DNA of 64,000 bases from Candidatus Magasanikiibacteriota bacterium (lineage in GTDB: Bacteria > Patescibacteriota > Patescibacteriia > Magasanikbacterales > UBA922): assembly GCA_016193335.1 (NCBI GenBank), contig JACPSK010000001.1, positions 585,440 through 649,439 on the forward strand. Reading direction: 5' to 3'. The notes under the pieces are model-generated. The model saw only the letters and a list, made by a program, of their open reading frames with translations, did no database searches and had not been told where the DNA came from. Below are positions 46,955-56,898 of this stretch, one piece after another. The position numbers and the translations under genes are program-made. Position 1 is the first letter of the stretch; the number at the start of each line of letters is the position of its first letter.

Positions 46955-47163
46955 CCGGTCTCGGTTCGCTACTGGGTCTGCAAGGCGGAGAAGGGACCGC
47001 ACTGGCACACGGTGACCTGTAACCACCACAACCGCTGGGGGGATAACCCTTGCCGTAGGTGCGGAGCCGCAAGGCCTCGGTCGCCCGAATCGATCGAGCT
47101 CCCGGCCTAGCCGTCTTTGCTCTGAGCCGCACTGGATTTTGACAGGGTCGGCTCGGAGAATTC

Positions 47164-47194
47164 AAAAAATACTCTTTATTAAGAGTATTTTTTG
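47164..47194. terminator. Bidirectional terminator
   Basis: AAAAAATACTCTTTATTAAGAGTATTTTTTG. Confidence 0.6.
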
Positions 47195-47238
47195 TAAGCT
47201 CAGCCCCGTTTCATAGTTCAAAGCATCTCCGTTATTGT

Positions 47239-48651
47239 TTAGTATCTGTATGATTCCGGTTTAAAAGGTCCGTTTTGATCCACGTCTATATACGCGGCTT
47301 GTTCCTGGCTGAGCTTCGTCAGTTTCACGCCGATTTTTTCCAGATGCAATCGTGCCACTTCTTCGTCCAATTTTTTGGGCAGGGTGTATACGCCGATTTT
47401 GTAATCATTTTTCCATAGTTCCAATTGCGCCAGGACCTGATTTGAAAAACTGCTGCTCATTACAAAACTGGGATGACCCGTGGCGCAGCCCAGGTTCATA
47501 AGCCGTCCTTCGGCAAGCATGTATATTTCATGTCCGTCCGGGAATATGTATTTATCAACCTGCGGTTTTATGTTTACGCGTTTTACATCAGATTGCGCAT
47601 TGAGAGGCTCCACTTGGATTTCATTATCAAAATGTCCGATATTCGCGACTACGGTCTGATCTTTCATGCGCTTCATATGTTCAAGCCGAATCACATCTTT
47701 GTTTCCAGTGGCCGTAACATAAATGTCTGCTCGGCCAAGTGTATCTTCCACGGTGGCGACTTCGTATCCTTCCATCGCGGCCTGGAGAGCGCAGATAGGG
47801 TCTATTTCCGTGACAATCACTCGCGCGCCCTGGCCCTTGAGAGCTTGAGCGCAGCCTTTGCCCACTTCGCCGTAACCGCAGACTACTGCGGTTTTGCCCG
47901 CGATCATTACATCCATCGCGCGGTTGAGACCATCCACCACCGAATGTCGGCATCCGTATATATTGTCGAATTTGCTTTTGGTTACCGAGTCATTTACGTT
48001 TATCGCGGGGAATAAAAGTTTTCCTTCTTTGGCCATTTTGTACAAGCGATGAACTCCGGTGGTGGTTTCCTCGGATACGCCTTTTACGTGTTTTGAAATT
48101 TCAGTCCACTTTTTTGGATTTTTTTCGTATTCTTTTTTGAGAAGTTTCATGAGTTCGCGCGTGTCTTCGCCTTCTGTGGAATAATTTTGATCCAGGAGGG
48201 TCGGGTTTTTTTCAGCTTCAAGGCCTTTGTGAATGAGAAGCGTGGCATCTCCCCCATCGTCTACAATAAGATTCGGCCCTTTTTCATTGCCAAAGTCCAA
48301 AGCTCGCTCAGTACACCACCAATACTCTTCCAGGCTTTCTCCTTTCCACGCGAAAACAGGAACGCCGGCTTTGGCGATGGCGGCCGCGGCGTGGTTTTGA
48401 GTGGAAAAAATGTTGCAGGAAGCCCAGCGGACAGAGGCTCCAAGAGCGCAAAGAGTTTCTATGAGGACAGCGGTTTGTATGGTCATGTGCAGAGAACCGG
48501 TGATATTCACGCCTTTGAGAGGCAGCTCTGCCGCGTATTTTTCGCGAATGGCCATAAGGCCGGGCATTTCTTTTTCTGCTATTTCAATTTCTTTGCGGCC
48601 GAGATCCGCAAGAGTGATGTCAGCGATTTTGTAGGATTCAGAACCTGTCAT
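47239..48651 (-). CDS. ahcY: Adenosylhomocysteinase
   Basis: 470 aa with an NAD-binding [10 protein letters not shown] and conserved AhcY blocks ([18 protein letters not shown]). Confidence 0.93.
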   Translation of the reverse strand: MTGSESYKIADITLADLGRKEIEIAEKEMPGLMAIREKYAAELPLKGVNITGSLHMTIQTAVLIETLCALGASVRWASCNIFSTQNHAAAAIAKAGVPVFAWKGESLEEYWWCTERALDFGNEKGPNLIVDDGGDATLLIHKGLEAEKNPTLLDQNYSTEGEDTRELMKLLKKEYEKNPKKWTEISKHVKGVSEETTTGVHRLYKMAKEGKLLFPAINVNDSVTKSKFDNIYGCRHSVVDGLNRAMDVMIAGKTAVVCGYGEVGKGCAQALKGQGARVIVTEIDPICALQAAMEGYEVATVEDTLGRADIYVTATGNKDVIRLEHMKRMKDQTVVANIGHFDNEIQVEPLNAQSDVKRVNIKPQVDKYIFPDGHEIYMLAEGRLMNLGCATGHPSFVMSSSFSNQVLAQLELWKNDYKIGVYTLPKKLDEEVARLHLEKIGVKLTKLSQEQAAYIDVDQNGPFKPESYRY

Positions 48652-48833
48652 GTTGTTTGTGTGAATGCCTTAGTATAAATGTGGACTATAGTATATCGTT
48701 TTGAGATTCCGGTCAATCCCGTGTGTATGATTAGTAATTTTCAATTTGTAATTTTTAATTACTGCTTACCTTGTATCCCGCCCGCCTGCTTGCGAGTTTT
48801 TAATTTTTGATGAATGAATCCCTCCTCAGTTTG

Positions 48834-49409
48834 CTATGGAGAACTTGTCCCAAAGGCGTAGCCGGCGAAAACCAATACAAAAATGCCGGCTGTGTTTAAG
48901 AGATAGGTAATGAGCGACAAGTATTTTGGTTTGAAATTCACCAATCCGAAAAGCGCGATGCCTATTTCATCCGGCAGTGGAGAAGCAATAAGCAGACTGG
49001 CGAGAAATGGGACTCCAATGAGAAAAACGCGTTTTTTGGTAAAGCGTTCCATGCGCTGTCGTCTGTGTTTGGGTATGAGCATGGCGGCGATGAGCTTTAA
49101 TTCTTGCAGTATGGTGCCGTTGATGAATCTGAACATTAAAAGATCCGCGATCATGGCTCCAAAACCCCCGAGCAAAGCTGTGATTATAGGGTTTAATCTG
49201 GTTCCCAACTCCATCAAATATAAACCGCCCGCCGCCGCGGTAAAAGTAATGGGAAATAAAAAACCCGCCACTATGGCGCTCGGATAACCCGCTCCATTGA
49301 GAGAGTCTGCCAGCAAATCGAAGACTCCGGTTAGAAACAGAATAAAGGCAAGACAAACAGAGAGGATGAAGCCGATAGTATATTTGTATTGCTTCAAGGC
49401 TTTGATCAT
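48834..49409 (-). CDS. Small integral membrane protein (COG2426-like putative small exporter)
   Basis: 191 aa with four or five TM helices. Confidence 0.4.
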   Translation of the reverse strand: MIKALKQYKYTIGFILSVCLAFILFLTGVFDLLADSLNGAGYPSAIVAGFLFPITFTAAAGGLYLMELGTRLNPIITALLGGFGAMIADLLMFRFINGTILQELKLIAAMLIPKHRRQRMERFTKKRVFLIGVPFLASLLIASPLPDEIGIALFGLVNFKPKYLSLITYLLNTAGIFVLVFAGYAFGTSSP

Positions 49410-49444
49410 AGTAGCACGGATCCGTGAACAAACTGATTATGTGT

Positions 49445-50470
49445 TTATCCGCGGTATAAGACAAAACTCAAATAGCCTATGTACATAAGGATAAAAAGGA
49501 TGCCTTGCCAGCGGTTTATTCTATGTTTGTCGTGAATGAACATAAAGGCGAACAGAAACATGGTGGCCGCGACATTTGCCGCGATGTCCACATTTATACT
49601 CGGGGCGAAAGCCAAAGGCTGCATGGTGGCGGTGAGGCCGAGAATCCAGAATATGTTGAATATGTTAGAGCCAACCACATTGCCTACCGCGATGTCGTCG
49701 TGTTTGTGGATAGCGGCAAGGATCGAAGTTATGAGTTCGGGAAGAGAAGTGCCCACCGCCACTATGGTGGCTCCTATAAGAAGCTCTGAGAGTCCGGCAA
49801 GACGAGCGAGTATAATGGCATTGTCTACTAAGATTTTTCCTCCGATGAACAAGGCGATGATGCCGGCTAAAGTAAAAAGTATCGATTTTCCTTTTGAATA
49901 TAATTTTATCTCATCCCCTTCTGTCTCGTCCGTTTTTCCATGGTCTCCTTTTGCTATTCCAAAGGTGTAATAGAGAAAAATAATAAAGAACGCGAGTAAA
50001 GCGAGCCCGTCAGATCTGGAGAGTTCTGTCGTGATTTTGCCGTCGATGAACGCGTCATTGCCCATGATCAATATAAGGATCGCGGCGAGAAGGGCCATGG
50101 GGATTTCTTTCCACGTTGTCGCGCTTTTTACCTTAAGAGGGAGTATGATGGAGGCGATTCCAAGGATCAAAAGTATATTCGCGATATTGCTGCCGATTAC
50201 GTTTCCGATGGCTATTTCCGTGCTTCCTTTGATTGCTGAAAAAATATTCACGATTAACTCGGGCATTGAAGTGCCAAAAGCCACTACCGTGAGCCCGATT
50301 ACGATGTTTGGGATTTTGAAAATTTTTGCCAGAGAGGCTGAACCTCTCACCAATATCTCTCCGCCGAATAAGAGAATGGCGAGGCCGGTCGTTATAAGAA
50401 CAGCGGGTATTATCATAGTGGAATAGGATAAAATATGGGCTATTATACCAAGCGACAAGATTGGAAGCAA
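49445..50470 (-). CDS. Ca2+/cation antiporter, CaCA family (YrbG-like)
   Basis: Two alpha-repeat motifs (GTSMPELIVNIFSAIKG and GTSLPELITSILAAIHKHDDIAVGNVVGSNIFNI). Confidence 0.88.
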   Translation of the reverse strand: MLPILSLGIIAHILSYSTMIIPAVLITTGLAILLFGGEILVRGSASLAKIFKIPNIVIGLTVVAFGTSMPELIVNIFSAIKGSTEIAIGNVIGSNIANILLILGIASIILPLKVKSATTWKEIPMALLAAILILIMGNDAFIDGKITTELSRSDGLALLAFFIIFLYYTFGIAKGDHGKTDETEGDEIKLYSKGKSILFTLAGIIALFIGGKILVDNAIILARLAGLSELLIGATIVAVGTSLPELITSILAAIHKHDDIAVGNVVGSNIFNIFWILGLTATMQPLAFAPSINVDIAANVAATMFLFAFMFIHDKHRINRWQGILFILMYIGYLSFVLYRG

Positions 50471-50684
50471 TAATTATTTACAAGTTTTTTCCGAAATGTT
50501 ACCGTACTTTGCATGGAGGTGCTTTTATGAGGAGGGTCATAGGAAAGAGTATAGGAAAGAGTTTCGTGCTTGTGAGAACCGTTTTTATAGCGGTTGTCAT
50601 TGTGGGGGTTTTTACAGTCGCGGAATGGCGGCTGCCGGACAGAGCTTTCAAGTTGTTCATCTCGATTTGTCTGAGAGAAAAGTG

Positions 50685-50840
50685 ATGAGGATTCTGTTCT
50701 TTATCGGCGATTGGTTTTTGTTCATGGGCGTCATACAAGGCTATGACTACCATGTTTTTTGGCTGAAGACTTTGGATTTCTTCTTTTTCGTCTTGCTCAT
50801 CTTGGTGAGCTACGATGAACTTTGCGCGGGTGAAGTCTGA
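50685..50840 (+). CDS. Possible 51-aa two-TM small protein (below the ORF-track cutoff)
   Basis: MRILFFIGDWFLFMGVIQGYDYHVFWLKTLDFFFFVLLILVSYDELCAGEV, in the 470-bp gap between two minus-strand genes. Confidence 0.2.
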   Translation: MRILFFIGDWFLFMGVIQGYDYHVFWLKTLDFFFFVLLILVSYDELCAGEV

Positions 50841-50942
50841 ACTCTTGCATTACAAAACCGTCCCCATGCCTCGCGAGTCTCAGAGTTTATTTGAGATTTG
50901 CGAGGAGAACGGACGGTTTTGTTTGTTTTGGATCGTTCGATG

Positions 50943-51884
50943 TTAGAATTTAAAATTTTCTTTGTAGGCGTCTTTGTATCTTTGAGAGAATTCATCAATG
51001 GTGAACGAATGATTTTGAGTGCCGTATTGCTCTATGGCGTAGCTCGCGGCTACGCTGCCAGCTTGCCCGCAGGTTTTAAGATCATGGCCTTTGGCATAGG
51101 CTGCGAAAAATCCGGCGCGATAGGCATCGCCCGCGCCGGTGGGGTCGTCCACCGAATGGGGTTTGCATGCTTGGATTTCTATGGTTTCACTTCCTTTTGC
51201 CACTCTCGATCCTTTTTCTCCGAGGGTCGTTACCAACACATCCACATGTTCCAGCATCTCAGAAGCGTCCCAGCCGGTTTTCTCTTGGATGAGTTTCATT
51301 TCATAGTCATTGGCAATGAGGAAATGGGCCTGTCCCATAAGCATGGCCATTTCGCGGCCGGATAAAGCGGTAATTTGCTGGCCAGGGTCTAGCACGATCG
51401 GTATATTGCGCTCATAAGCTTCTTTGGCATGCTTTATCATGGTTTCTTTTTTTGATGGGGCGATAATGGCGAGCTCCATGTTTTCTGTTATGGTGTCTAA
51501 ACTTAATTCAGGTCCTTCTTCTCCGGCTCCGCTGTAGAAGGCGGTAATTTGGTTGTCGTCTTTGTCTGTAGTGATGTGGGCTGAAGCGCTTAGACGTTGT
51601 TCGGATTTTCGAATCCGCGCTGTTTCAATATTTTGTTTTTTAAGCGCCTCAAGATAATCCTTGGCGTCTGTACCGAGCACTCCAAGGATAAGCGGTTCGC
51701 CTCCGAGAAGTTTCATGGTATAGGCGATATTGCCAGCGGTTCCGCCAAGATTTTTTTTAAGTTCATCCACCACAAAACATACATTCAAGATGTGGATTTG
51801 GTCTGGCAAGATATGATTTTTGAAGCTATCCGGGAAATCCATGATATAGTCGTAGGCGAGAGAGCCGGAGATAAGGATGGACAT
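50943..51884 (-). CDS. PfkB-family carbohydrate/nucleoside kinase (ribokinase or adenosine kinase-like)
   Basis: 313 aa with an N-terminal GG motif and a C-terminal DPTGAGDA anion hole. Confidence 0.85.
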   Translation of the reverse strand: MSILISGSLAYDYIMDFPDSFKNHILPDQIHILNVCFVVDELKKNLGGTAGNIAYTMKLLGGEPLILGVLGTDAKDYLEALKKQNIETARIRKSEQRLSASAHITTDKDDNQITAFYSGAGEEGPELSLDTITENMELAIIAPSKKETMIKHAKEAYERNIPIVLDPGQQITALSGREMAMLMGQAHFLIANDYEMKLIQEKTGWDASEMLEHVDVLVTTLGEKGSRVAKGSETIEIQACKPHSVDDPTGAGDAYRAGFFAAYAKGHDLKTCGQAGSVAASYAIEQYGTQNHSFTIDEFSQRYKDAYKENFKF

Positions 51885-51922
51885 ACTTTGTTAATTTTTA
51901 TTTAGAAATTAAGAATGTGGGA

Positions 51923-51958
51923 TTGTTTAAAAATTATAAATTTCAAATTAAAAATTGT
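51923..51958. repeat. Palindromic AT-rich motif, copy B
   Basis: TTGTTTAAAAATTATAAATTTCAAATTAAAAATTG differs by one base from copy A. It overlaps the last six codons of the aminotransferase gene. Confidence 0.5.
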
Positions 51959-52767
51959 TTCCGTAGGTATTGATCATAGAGCCGGATCAAGTTTTGTATT
52001 TCCGGAGTAATTGATGAAAATGACTTTTGGTCTATTGTCCGTATGGGCACTATTTTCCCTGAAGTATTGGTGAGAAAGGCTCCTTCAAAATCGAATATTT
52101 TATTCAATTTTATGTTTTGTTCTTTTATTTTGTATCCGTTTTGTTTCGCGCAATCTATGACAGTCTGCCGCGTAACTCCATTGAGAACTTTATCAAGAGG
52201 AGGGGTATAGAGGATTTTATCTTTTATGAGAAAGATATTTGAACGCGTCCCTTCGAGCAGACACCCTTTTGAATCTGCTAGGAGCATGTCATAAGCTTTT
52301 TTTTCTCGCGCTTCTCTAAAAAAAAGATAGCTGGGTAGCATGTTGAGCGTTTTCGCTTGAGGAAGGAAACGTTCGTATACTCTACTTGAGACGGCCACGC
52401 CTTGTTTGTAGATTTTTTTGTCGGGGTATGAAGGAGCGAGTAGTATGATATAGAGCCGGGCCTTGTCCGGGTCTTTGTCGCCTATAAGAAGAATTTTTAT
52501 GTTGGCTGTGGGGATTTTATTTTTTTTGATTAGATCTTTGATCCATTGTTCTACATTTTTTTTTGTAAAGCCGTGTTTGAGTTTTATTATTTTTGCCGAA
52601 TCAATCAGACGTTCAGCATGTTTGTCGGGAAAATAGAGTTTGTCGTTTCTCAGACGAATATTTTCGTAGACCCCAAAGCCATAAGAAAATTCTATGTCGT
52701 CAAGATTAATAAAGGCTTTATCGGTTTTGCTGAGAATTCCATTACAAGAAAAATGAGTGCCTAGCAT
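51943..52767 (-). CDS. Class IV (fold type IV) aminotransferase, branched-chain or D-amino-acid aminotransferase-like
   Basis: 274 aa. PLP fold-type IV pattern (FGVYENIR..., catalytic Lys region, EGTRSNIF). Confidence 0.8.
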   Translation of the reverse strand: MLGTHFSCNGILSKTDKAFINLDDIEFSYGFGVYENIRLRNDKLYFPDKHAERLIDSAKIIKLKHGFTKKNVEQWIKDLIKKNKIPTANIKILLIGDKDPDKARLYIILLAPSYPDKKIYKQGVAVSSRVYERFLPQAKTLNMLPSYLFFREAREKKAYDMLLADSKGCLLEGTRSNIFLIKDKILYTPPLDKVLNGVTRQTVIDCAKQNGYKIKEQNIKLNKIFDFEGAFLTNTSGKIVPIRTIDQKSFSSITPEIQNLIRLYDQYLRKQFLI

Positions 52768-52798
52768 ATGAGAACTTTTTTCAAAGTTTTTTTATTTT

Positions 52799-53299
52799 CT
52801 AGATGTTTTTTTTGCTTGGGAGATAAAATAAAATTATCTGTCCGAATATAAAAAGCAGACTTGAACTGAGCGCTGAACCTATACAATATAAACAGATCGC
52901 TTTGATTACGAATACTTGCAAATAAGTAAACCACAGCGAGGCGAGAAGCCCGGCCCAGGTGAAATAGGCTGTGTAACGTAGAAGATTTTCTTTTTTGCGG
53001 TCAAGATAAGCTATCGTTAAAATTAAGATCAGAAAATAGTAGAGAGCCCCGAGCAGAGCTACGGGTAGTCCCAACACATGCGAATATGAGCTCGTTGCCA
53101 CCGTTTCACAGCCTTTGAGAATGGAACAGGATGGTATCTGCCCCATATAATCCTTAAAGCTCAGGTATGAGGCATCCGAGAAGCCAAAGAGGGCGCTTAT
53201 GATCATCGCGAAGGGGAGCCATTTAGGAAGCATTGATTGTGCTTTCGATGAGTTGTTTGAATTGTTCATAAGTCCCTGGATTGCTGATTCGTGTTCCAT
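52799..53299 (-). CDS. Vitamin K epoxide reductase (VKOR) family membrane protein; start uncertain, with candidates at 53299, 53233 and 53203
   Basis: CxxC active site (IPSCSILKGCETV) and a second Cys pair (CLYC) within four TM helices. Confidence 0.75.
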   Translation of the reverse strand: MEHESAIQGLMNNSNNSSKAQSMLPKWLPFAMIISALFGFSDASYLSFKDYMGQIPSCSILKGCETVATSSYSHVLGLPVALLGALYYFLILILTIAYLDRKKENLLRYTAYFTWAGLLASLWFTYLQVFVIKAICLYCIGSALSSSLLFIFGQIILFYLPSKKNI

Positions 53300-53891
53300 T
53301 TAAGAAAAAGGTTGGAGTCCCGGGAATACCCGAAGCAATACCGCTTTTATAATCTCGGTCGACTCGGTTTTGCGTTTCTTTTGATCGCAGATCTGTTTTG
53401 AATGTTTCGAGATCAAGACCAAGAGAAGAAGCGAGATTTATAAAAAATTCCTCAGGATTGTTTAGGCCGGTCCAGTCTGTTTGGGTATTGAACAGACTGT
53501 CGTGCATTTCCCAAAATTTTCCTTGTTTAGCGGCCGCTTCGGCCGCTTCGGCCGCCGGCTGGGCGTTTGGATGGATTTGCTTTAGAGGAAAATGTCGGTA
53601 CACCAGATATAATGTATCGGGCAACTCTTCGGATAATCGTTTGAGTAGCGGATATGTAGCGGCGCAGGCCGGGCATTGGAAATCACTGTATTCCACCAGC
53701 ACGGCAGGAGCTTGCTGATTCCCTTTGCCATGGTCCAACTCATTTATTTCTTCTGCCAGCTTTGCACTTTTTACGTTGGCAGTTTTTTCTCCTGAATTTG
53801 ATCCTAATTTAGCCAAAATAATAAGCAAGAGAACAGTGCCGAGTATGAAACCTCCCCAGAGGAAAATACTTTTTAGGTTATTTGTTTGCAT
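53223..53891 (-). CDS. DsbA-family thiol:disulfide oxidoreductase (secreted/membrane-anchored)
   Basis: N-terminal signal/anchor and the thioredoxin-fold active site FQCPACAATYP. Confidence 0.8.
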   Translation of the reverse strand: MQTNNLKSIFLWGGFILGTVLLLIILAKLGSNSGEKTANVKSAKLAEEINELDHGKGNQQAPAVLVEYSDFQCPACAATYPLLKRLSEELPDTLYLVYRHFPLKQIHPNAQPAAEAAEAAAKQGKFWEMHDSLFNTQTDWTGLNNPEEFFINLASSLGLDLETFKTDLRSKETQNRVDRDYKSGIASGIPGTPTFFLNGTRISNPGTYEQFKQLIESTINAS

Positions 53892-54000
53892 ACTAAATAA
53901 GTAAAATATTGATATTCGAGTTAAAAATATTTTTTTTGAAACTAATGTAGGTCAATCTCATTTTGACACAAAAAGATTCTTCGGGCAACAGAGAGTCTGG

Positions 54001-55281
54001 CTAGGTATTTTTCAATTCAAGAACAGCGAGGCTTTCTATATGAGGTGTGCGCGGGAAAAAGTTGTACAGTTTAAAGAATCGTGGAGTGTAATTTTCGCCC
54101 AGCAATTTTATGTCTCTGGCCTGAGTAGGTATATTGCAAGAAAGGTATATAACACGTTTTGGTTTCTTTGCGTGGAGTGTTTCAATAATTCGTTTATGGA
54201 GGCCTGCCCGCGGCGGGTCGAAGACAACAATGTCGTTTGGGGAAATGAGATCAAGGGCTCGTTCGGCCGGCAGACAGAAAGCCTCAATATTTTTTAAACC
54301 GAGCTTATCTATGTTTTCTTTTGCGTATTCTATGGCCTCTTCATTACTGTCCACCAAGATAGCTTTACTTAGAATATGAGAAAGAGGAATACTTATAGCT
54401 CCCACTCCTGAGTAATAATCGAGCAAAGTGGCTCCCGGATCCACAAAGCTTGAGATGTCTTTGAGCGCTTGTTCGAAAACAGGAATGTTTATTTGAAAAA
54501 AACTGAGTAACCCGAATTTGAGTTTGGTACCCAACAGTTCCGCGTTTAAATGATGGAGTCCTTCATGGTGAAGCAGTTCGGTGGGCACAGAGGCCGGACT
54601 TTTGTGCGTGGAATAATAGAGCTGGAAACCAAGAAAATATTCAGACAAGGTCGGGTATTTGTTAAAGCGGATTCTATCTTTAATAAATAAAGCGGCTATG
54701 CTTTGGCCCTGTCCGTTACTTCGTATAATTAAAGACTTGAGACTTCTGATGGGTATTTTTTCTTCGTTTATCCATTTCAAAATATGAGCTGCGGACTTAT
54801 TTATAATATCCTCAGCCAGGAGAGAACTTTGGATCGGCATTTTGTATTTTTTTCCTCTTTCAAAAAAAGCCAGAGATATTTTTTTATGTTCAAGTTCAGT
54901 AAAACTGAATTCTATTTTATTGCGGTACCCGTAGGAAGCTTCGTTAGCATAGTATTCCAGATTTTTTTCTTCCAAAGCAAGTCCTCCGTTTTTTCTATAA
55001 GCTTCCAAAGCTATGCTTTTTTTCATTTCCGCTTCATATGCCGGATCCATCATTTCCCAAGGCCCGGAAGAAAGAAAATGCGGCTCTTTGGGATTGATTC
55101 TGTGTGGAGAACTTTTGATGATACTTGTGGCGACAGTTTCTATATAATCTTTTTTATTTTTTATAATCTCAAACCCCAGTTCTTCATCCGGGAGCGCGTT
55201 CCACACAAAGGCCACTTTGCCATTGAACCTGCCTAAGCCTTGGCCGCCAAAGACAAGTTTTTCTATATATAAGGTATTCAT
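54001..55281 (-). CDS. Class I SAM-dependent RNA (uracil-5)-methyltransferase, TrmA/RlmD family, with an N-terminal TRAM domain
   Basis: 426 aa. TRAM-like N-terminus, SAM motif LDYYSGVGAISIPL, catalytic region DPPRAGL and C-terminal Cys. Confidence 0.8.
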   Translation of the reverse strand: MNTLYIEKLVFGGQGLGRFNGKVAFVWNALPDEELGFEIIKNKKDYIETVATSIIKSSPHRINPKEPHFLSSGPWEMMDPAYEAEMKKSIALEAYRKNGGLALEEKNLEYYANEASYGYRNKIEFSFTELEHKKISLAFFERGKKYKMPIQSSLLAEDIINKSAAHILKWINEEKIPIRSLKSLIIRSNGQGQSIAALFIKDRIRFNKYPTLSEYFLGFQLYYSTHKSPASVPTELLHHEGLHHLNAELLGTKLKFGLLSFFQINIPVFEQALKDISSFVDPGATLLDYYSGVGAISIPLSHILSKAILVDSNEEAIEYAKENIDKLGLKNIEAFCLPAERALDLISPNDIVVFDPPRAGLHKRIIETLHAKKPKRVIYLSCNIPTQARDIKLLGENYTPRFFKLYNFFPRTPHIESLAVLELKNT

Positions 55282-55523
55282 GTTTTCACAGGATATAGTA
55301 TGGAGGCTTATTGGTCAATGAATGATATATGAGCTTGAGATTGACATCCAAAGCTATCTATGGTATAAAATCTAGTCAAAAGTTTCTCCGACTGTTTTTT
55401 TCTCTTTATTAACACAAAATAAAGGGCAGAAGTCAGTCGGGAGAAACGCCCGACCAGTTGGCGGTCTGGGGCTCCGGCATGGCGCTGGAGTGAGAGGCTG
55501 CCATTGCGTAGGAGGAAGTCCCC

Positions 55524-56399
55524 ATGGGACGACGTAGTAGGAGTGAAATCTCCGCGATCATGAGCGGAGCAGGTGTCGTTACCGCTGTCTGGACCAAGCT
55601 CGACGCCGCCGTGAGGAAGCTCGACAGCGCGGCTGCGGATGCCTGTCTCTATCGGCTGGCGACGGAGGAGGGAGACGATGTCATCCTCGAGATGGCGAAG
55701 GCTGCCGTGGCGGCACAGAAGAAGGGCACGGCGGCTCCTGTGGCGGCGCCGCAACTGCCGCCTCCGTCCGTCATAGACATCTCGAAGTTCTTCGCGCCGG
55801 TCGCGGACAGTGAGGCCATCATCCTGCTCACGCCGCAGTTCGGTAGCGAAGAGGCGGCGCGGATCGTGTACCAGTGCCGTCAGCTCGCCATGGACGAGGG
55901 CTACACCGGCTTCATCTTCTGGCGCGCCGCGGCCGGCTTCCTGTGGCGGACGCACGGTCCGCTTTTCGGCACCTGCCGCGAGAACTGGAAGTACCTCCAG
56001 ACCTGGAGGCTGAAGAACGACCCGACCACGACCGACTCCCTGGCCTTCTTCGTCCCGCGGCTGCTCACTGGCAGCACGGGCAAGGCGGTCACGGACCAGC
56101 GCAAGCTCCTCGTCGAGACGCGAGCCAAGTACACGCTCCCCGAGCCCTTCCTCAAGGACTTTGGTTCGGCCGCGTACGTCGCCGGACTGACGCTCTCGCA
56201 CCACCGCATCACGAGCGAGCGCACGCCGCTCGACCTGCTGTGGGCGCGCTGCGAAACGTTCCGCGAGGATGGCGGTCGCCTCGGCTTCGGCTTCTTCCTC
56301 GAGTCGAGCGGCCTCGGCTGCCTCAACTGGGACGACGGCCTCCCGGTCGACTTCATCGGCATCTTCCCCCTGGGGGTGGTGCCGATCCTCGGTCACTAG
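55524..56399 (+). CDS. DGR target (variable) protein; GC-rich; the C-terminal about 38 aa are encoded by the variable repeat
   Basis: RBS AGGAGG precedes ATG 55524. Strong GC3 codon bias on the plus strand. The C-terminus ...REDGGRLGFGFFLESSGLGCLNWDDGLPVDFIGIFPL is encoded by the VR. Confidence 0.85.
   Translation: MGRRSRSEISAIMSGAGVVTAVWTKLDAAVRKLDSAAADACLYRLATEEGDDVILEMAKAAVAAQKKGTAAPVAAPQLPPPSVIDISKFFAPVADSEAIILLTPQFGSEEAARIVYQCRQLAMDEGYTGFIFWRAAAGFLWRTHGPLFGTCRENWKYLQTWRLKNDPTTTDSLAFFVPRLLTGSTGKAVTDQRKLLVETRAKYTLPEPFLKDFGSAAYVAGLTLSHHRITSERTPLDLLWARCETFREDGGRLGFGFFLESSGLGCLNWDDGLPVDFIGIFPLGVVPILGH
56259..56372 (+). repeat. DGR variable repeat (VR)
   Basis: About 114 bp aligning to 56739-56852 with about 20 mismatches. 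Every mismatch is at an A in the TR copy (e.g. GGC/GAC, TTC/AAC, CTC/AAC, GTC/AAC). The 3' end ATCGGCATCTTCCCCCTG is identical in both (IMH-like). Confidence 0.9.
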
Positions 56400-56738
56400 G
56401 ATCCTCGGTACTGACACGAAGTCGGTACCTTGGTCCATCGGTCTTTGGGCCCCACCCGCAACGCATTTCGGTGCAACGCGCGTGAGGCTTCTTCTTTTAT
56501 ATACAAAATGTGATATACTTTTTTTGCATTATACCGACAGCACCGGCGTCCACGGATGCCGGCCGATAATGTCTGGCAACAGAATTGTAGAATTACAAAA
56601 CGTACGCGTTTTGTAAGAACATCCCTGTTGTTTGTGGGTTCACACACCCCGTGTTGGACGTTAAGAGACAGCGGTTTCACATTCGATACAGCTCGGAGAG
56701 TTTTCAACGAGCAGTGGCACGGACAGCGCTCAACACTT

Positions 56739-56852
56739 TTCCACGAGGATGGCGGACGCCTCGACTTCGGCAACTTCAACGAGTCGAACGGCCTCAACTG
56801 CAACAACTGGAACGACGACAACCCGAACGACAACATCGGCATCTTCCCCCTG
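56739..56852 (+). repeat. DGR template repeat (TR)
   Basis: Carries AAC (Asn) codons wherever the VR has diversified codons. It lies between the target gene and the avd/RT genes. The listed ORF 56556-56885 merely reads through it. Confidence 0.9.
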
Positions 56853-56898
56853 ATGATGTGTGCACCCAAAAGACGATTCCTCTGAATCGTCTTTGACG

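Noticed and set aside
46776-47165. 129-aa minus-strand ORF in the GC-rich patch
   Set aside because: It is a low-complexity Pro/Ser/Arg-rich antisense artefact of GC-rich DNA. The plus strand has an SD-preceded ORF instead.
55308-56438. 376-aa minus-strand ORF overlapping the DGR target gene
   Set aside because: It is an Arg/Glu/Ala/Leu-rich antisense reading of a GC3-biased plus-strand gene. The plus-strand frame has the RBS, the coherent GC3 bias and the VR.
56556-56885. 109-aa plus-strand ORF whose C-terminus mimics the DGR target C-terminus
   Set aside because: It spans the template repeat. The similarity is the TR itself, which is a non-coding RNA template and not a paralogous protein-coding gene.
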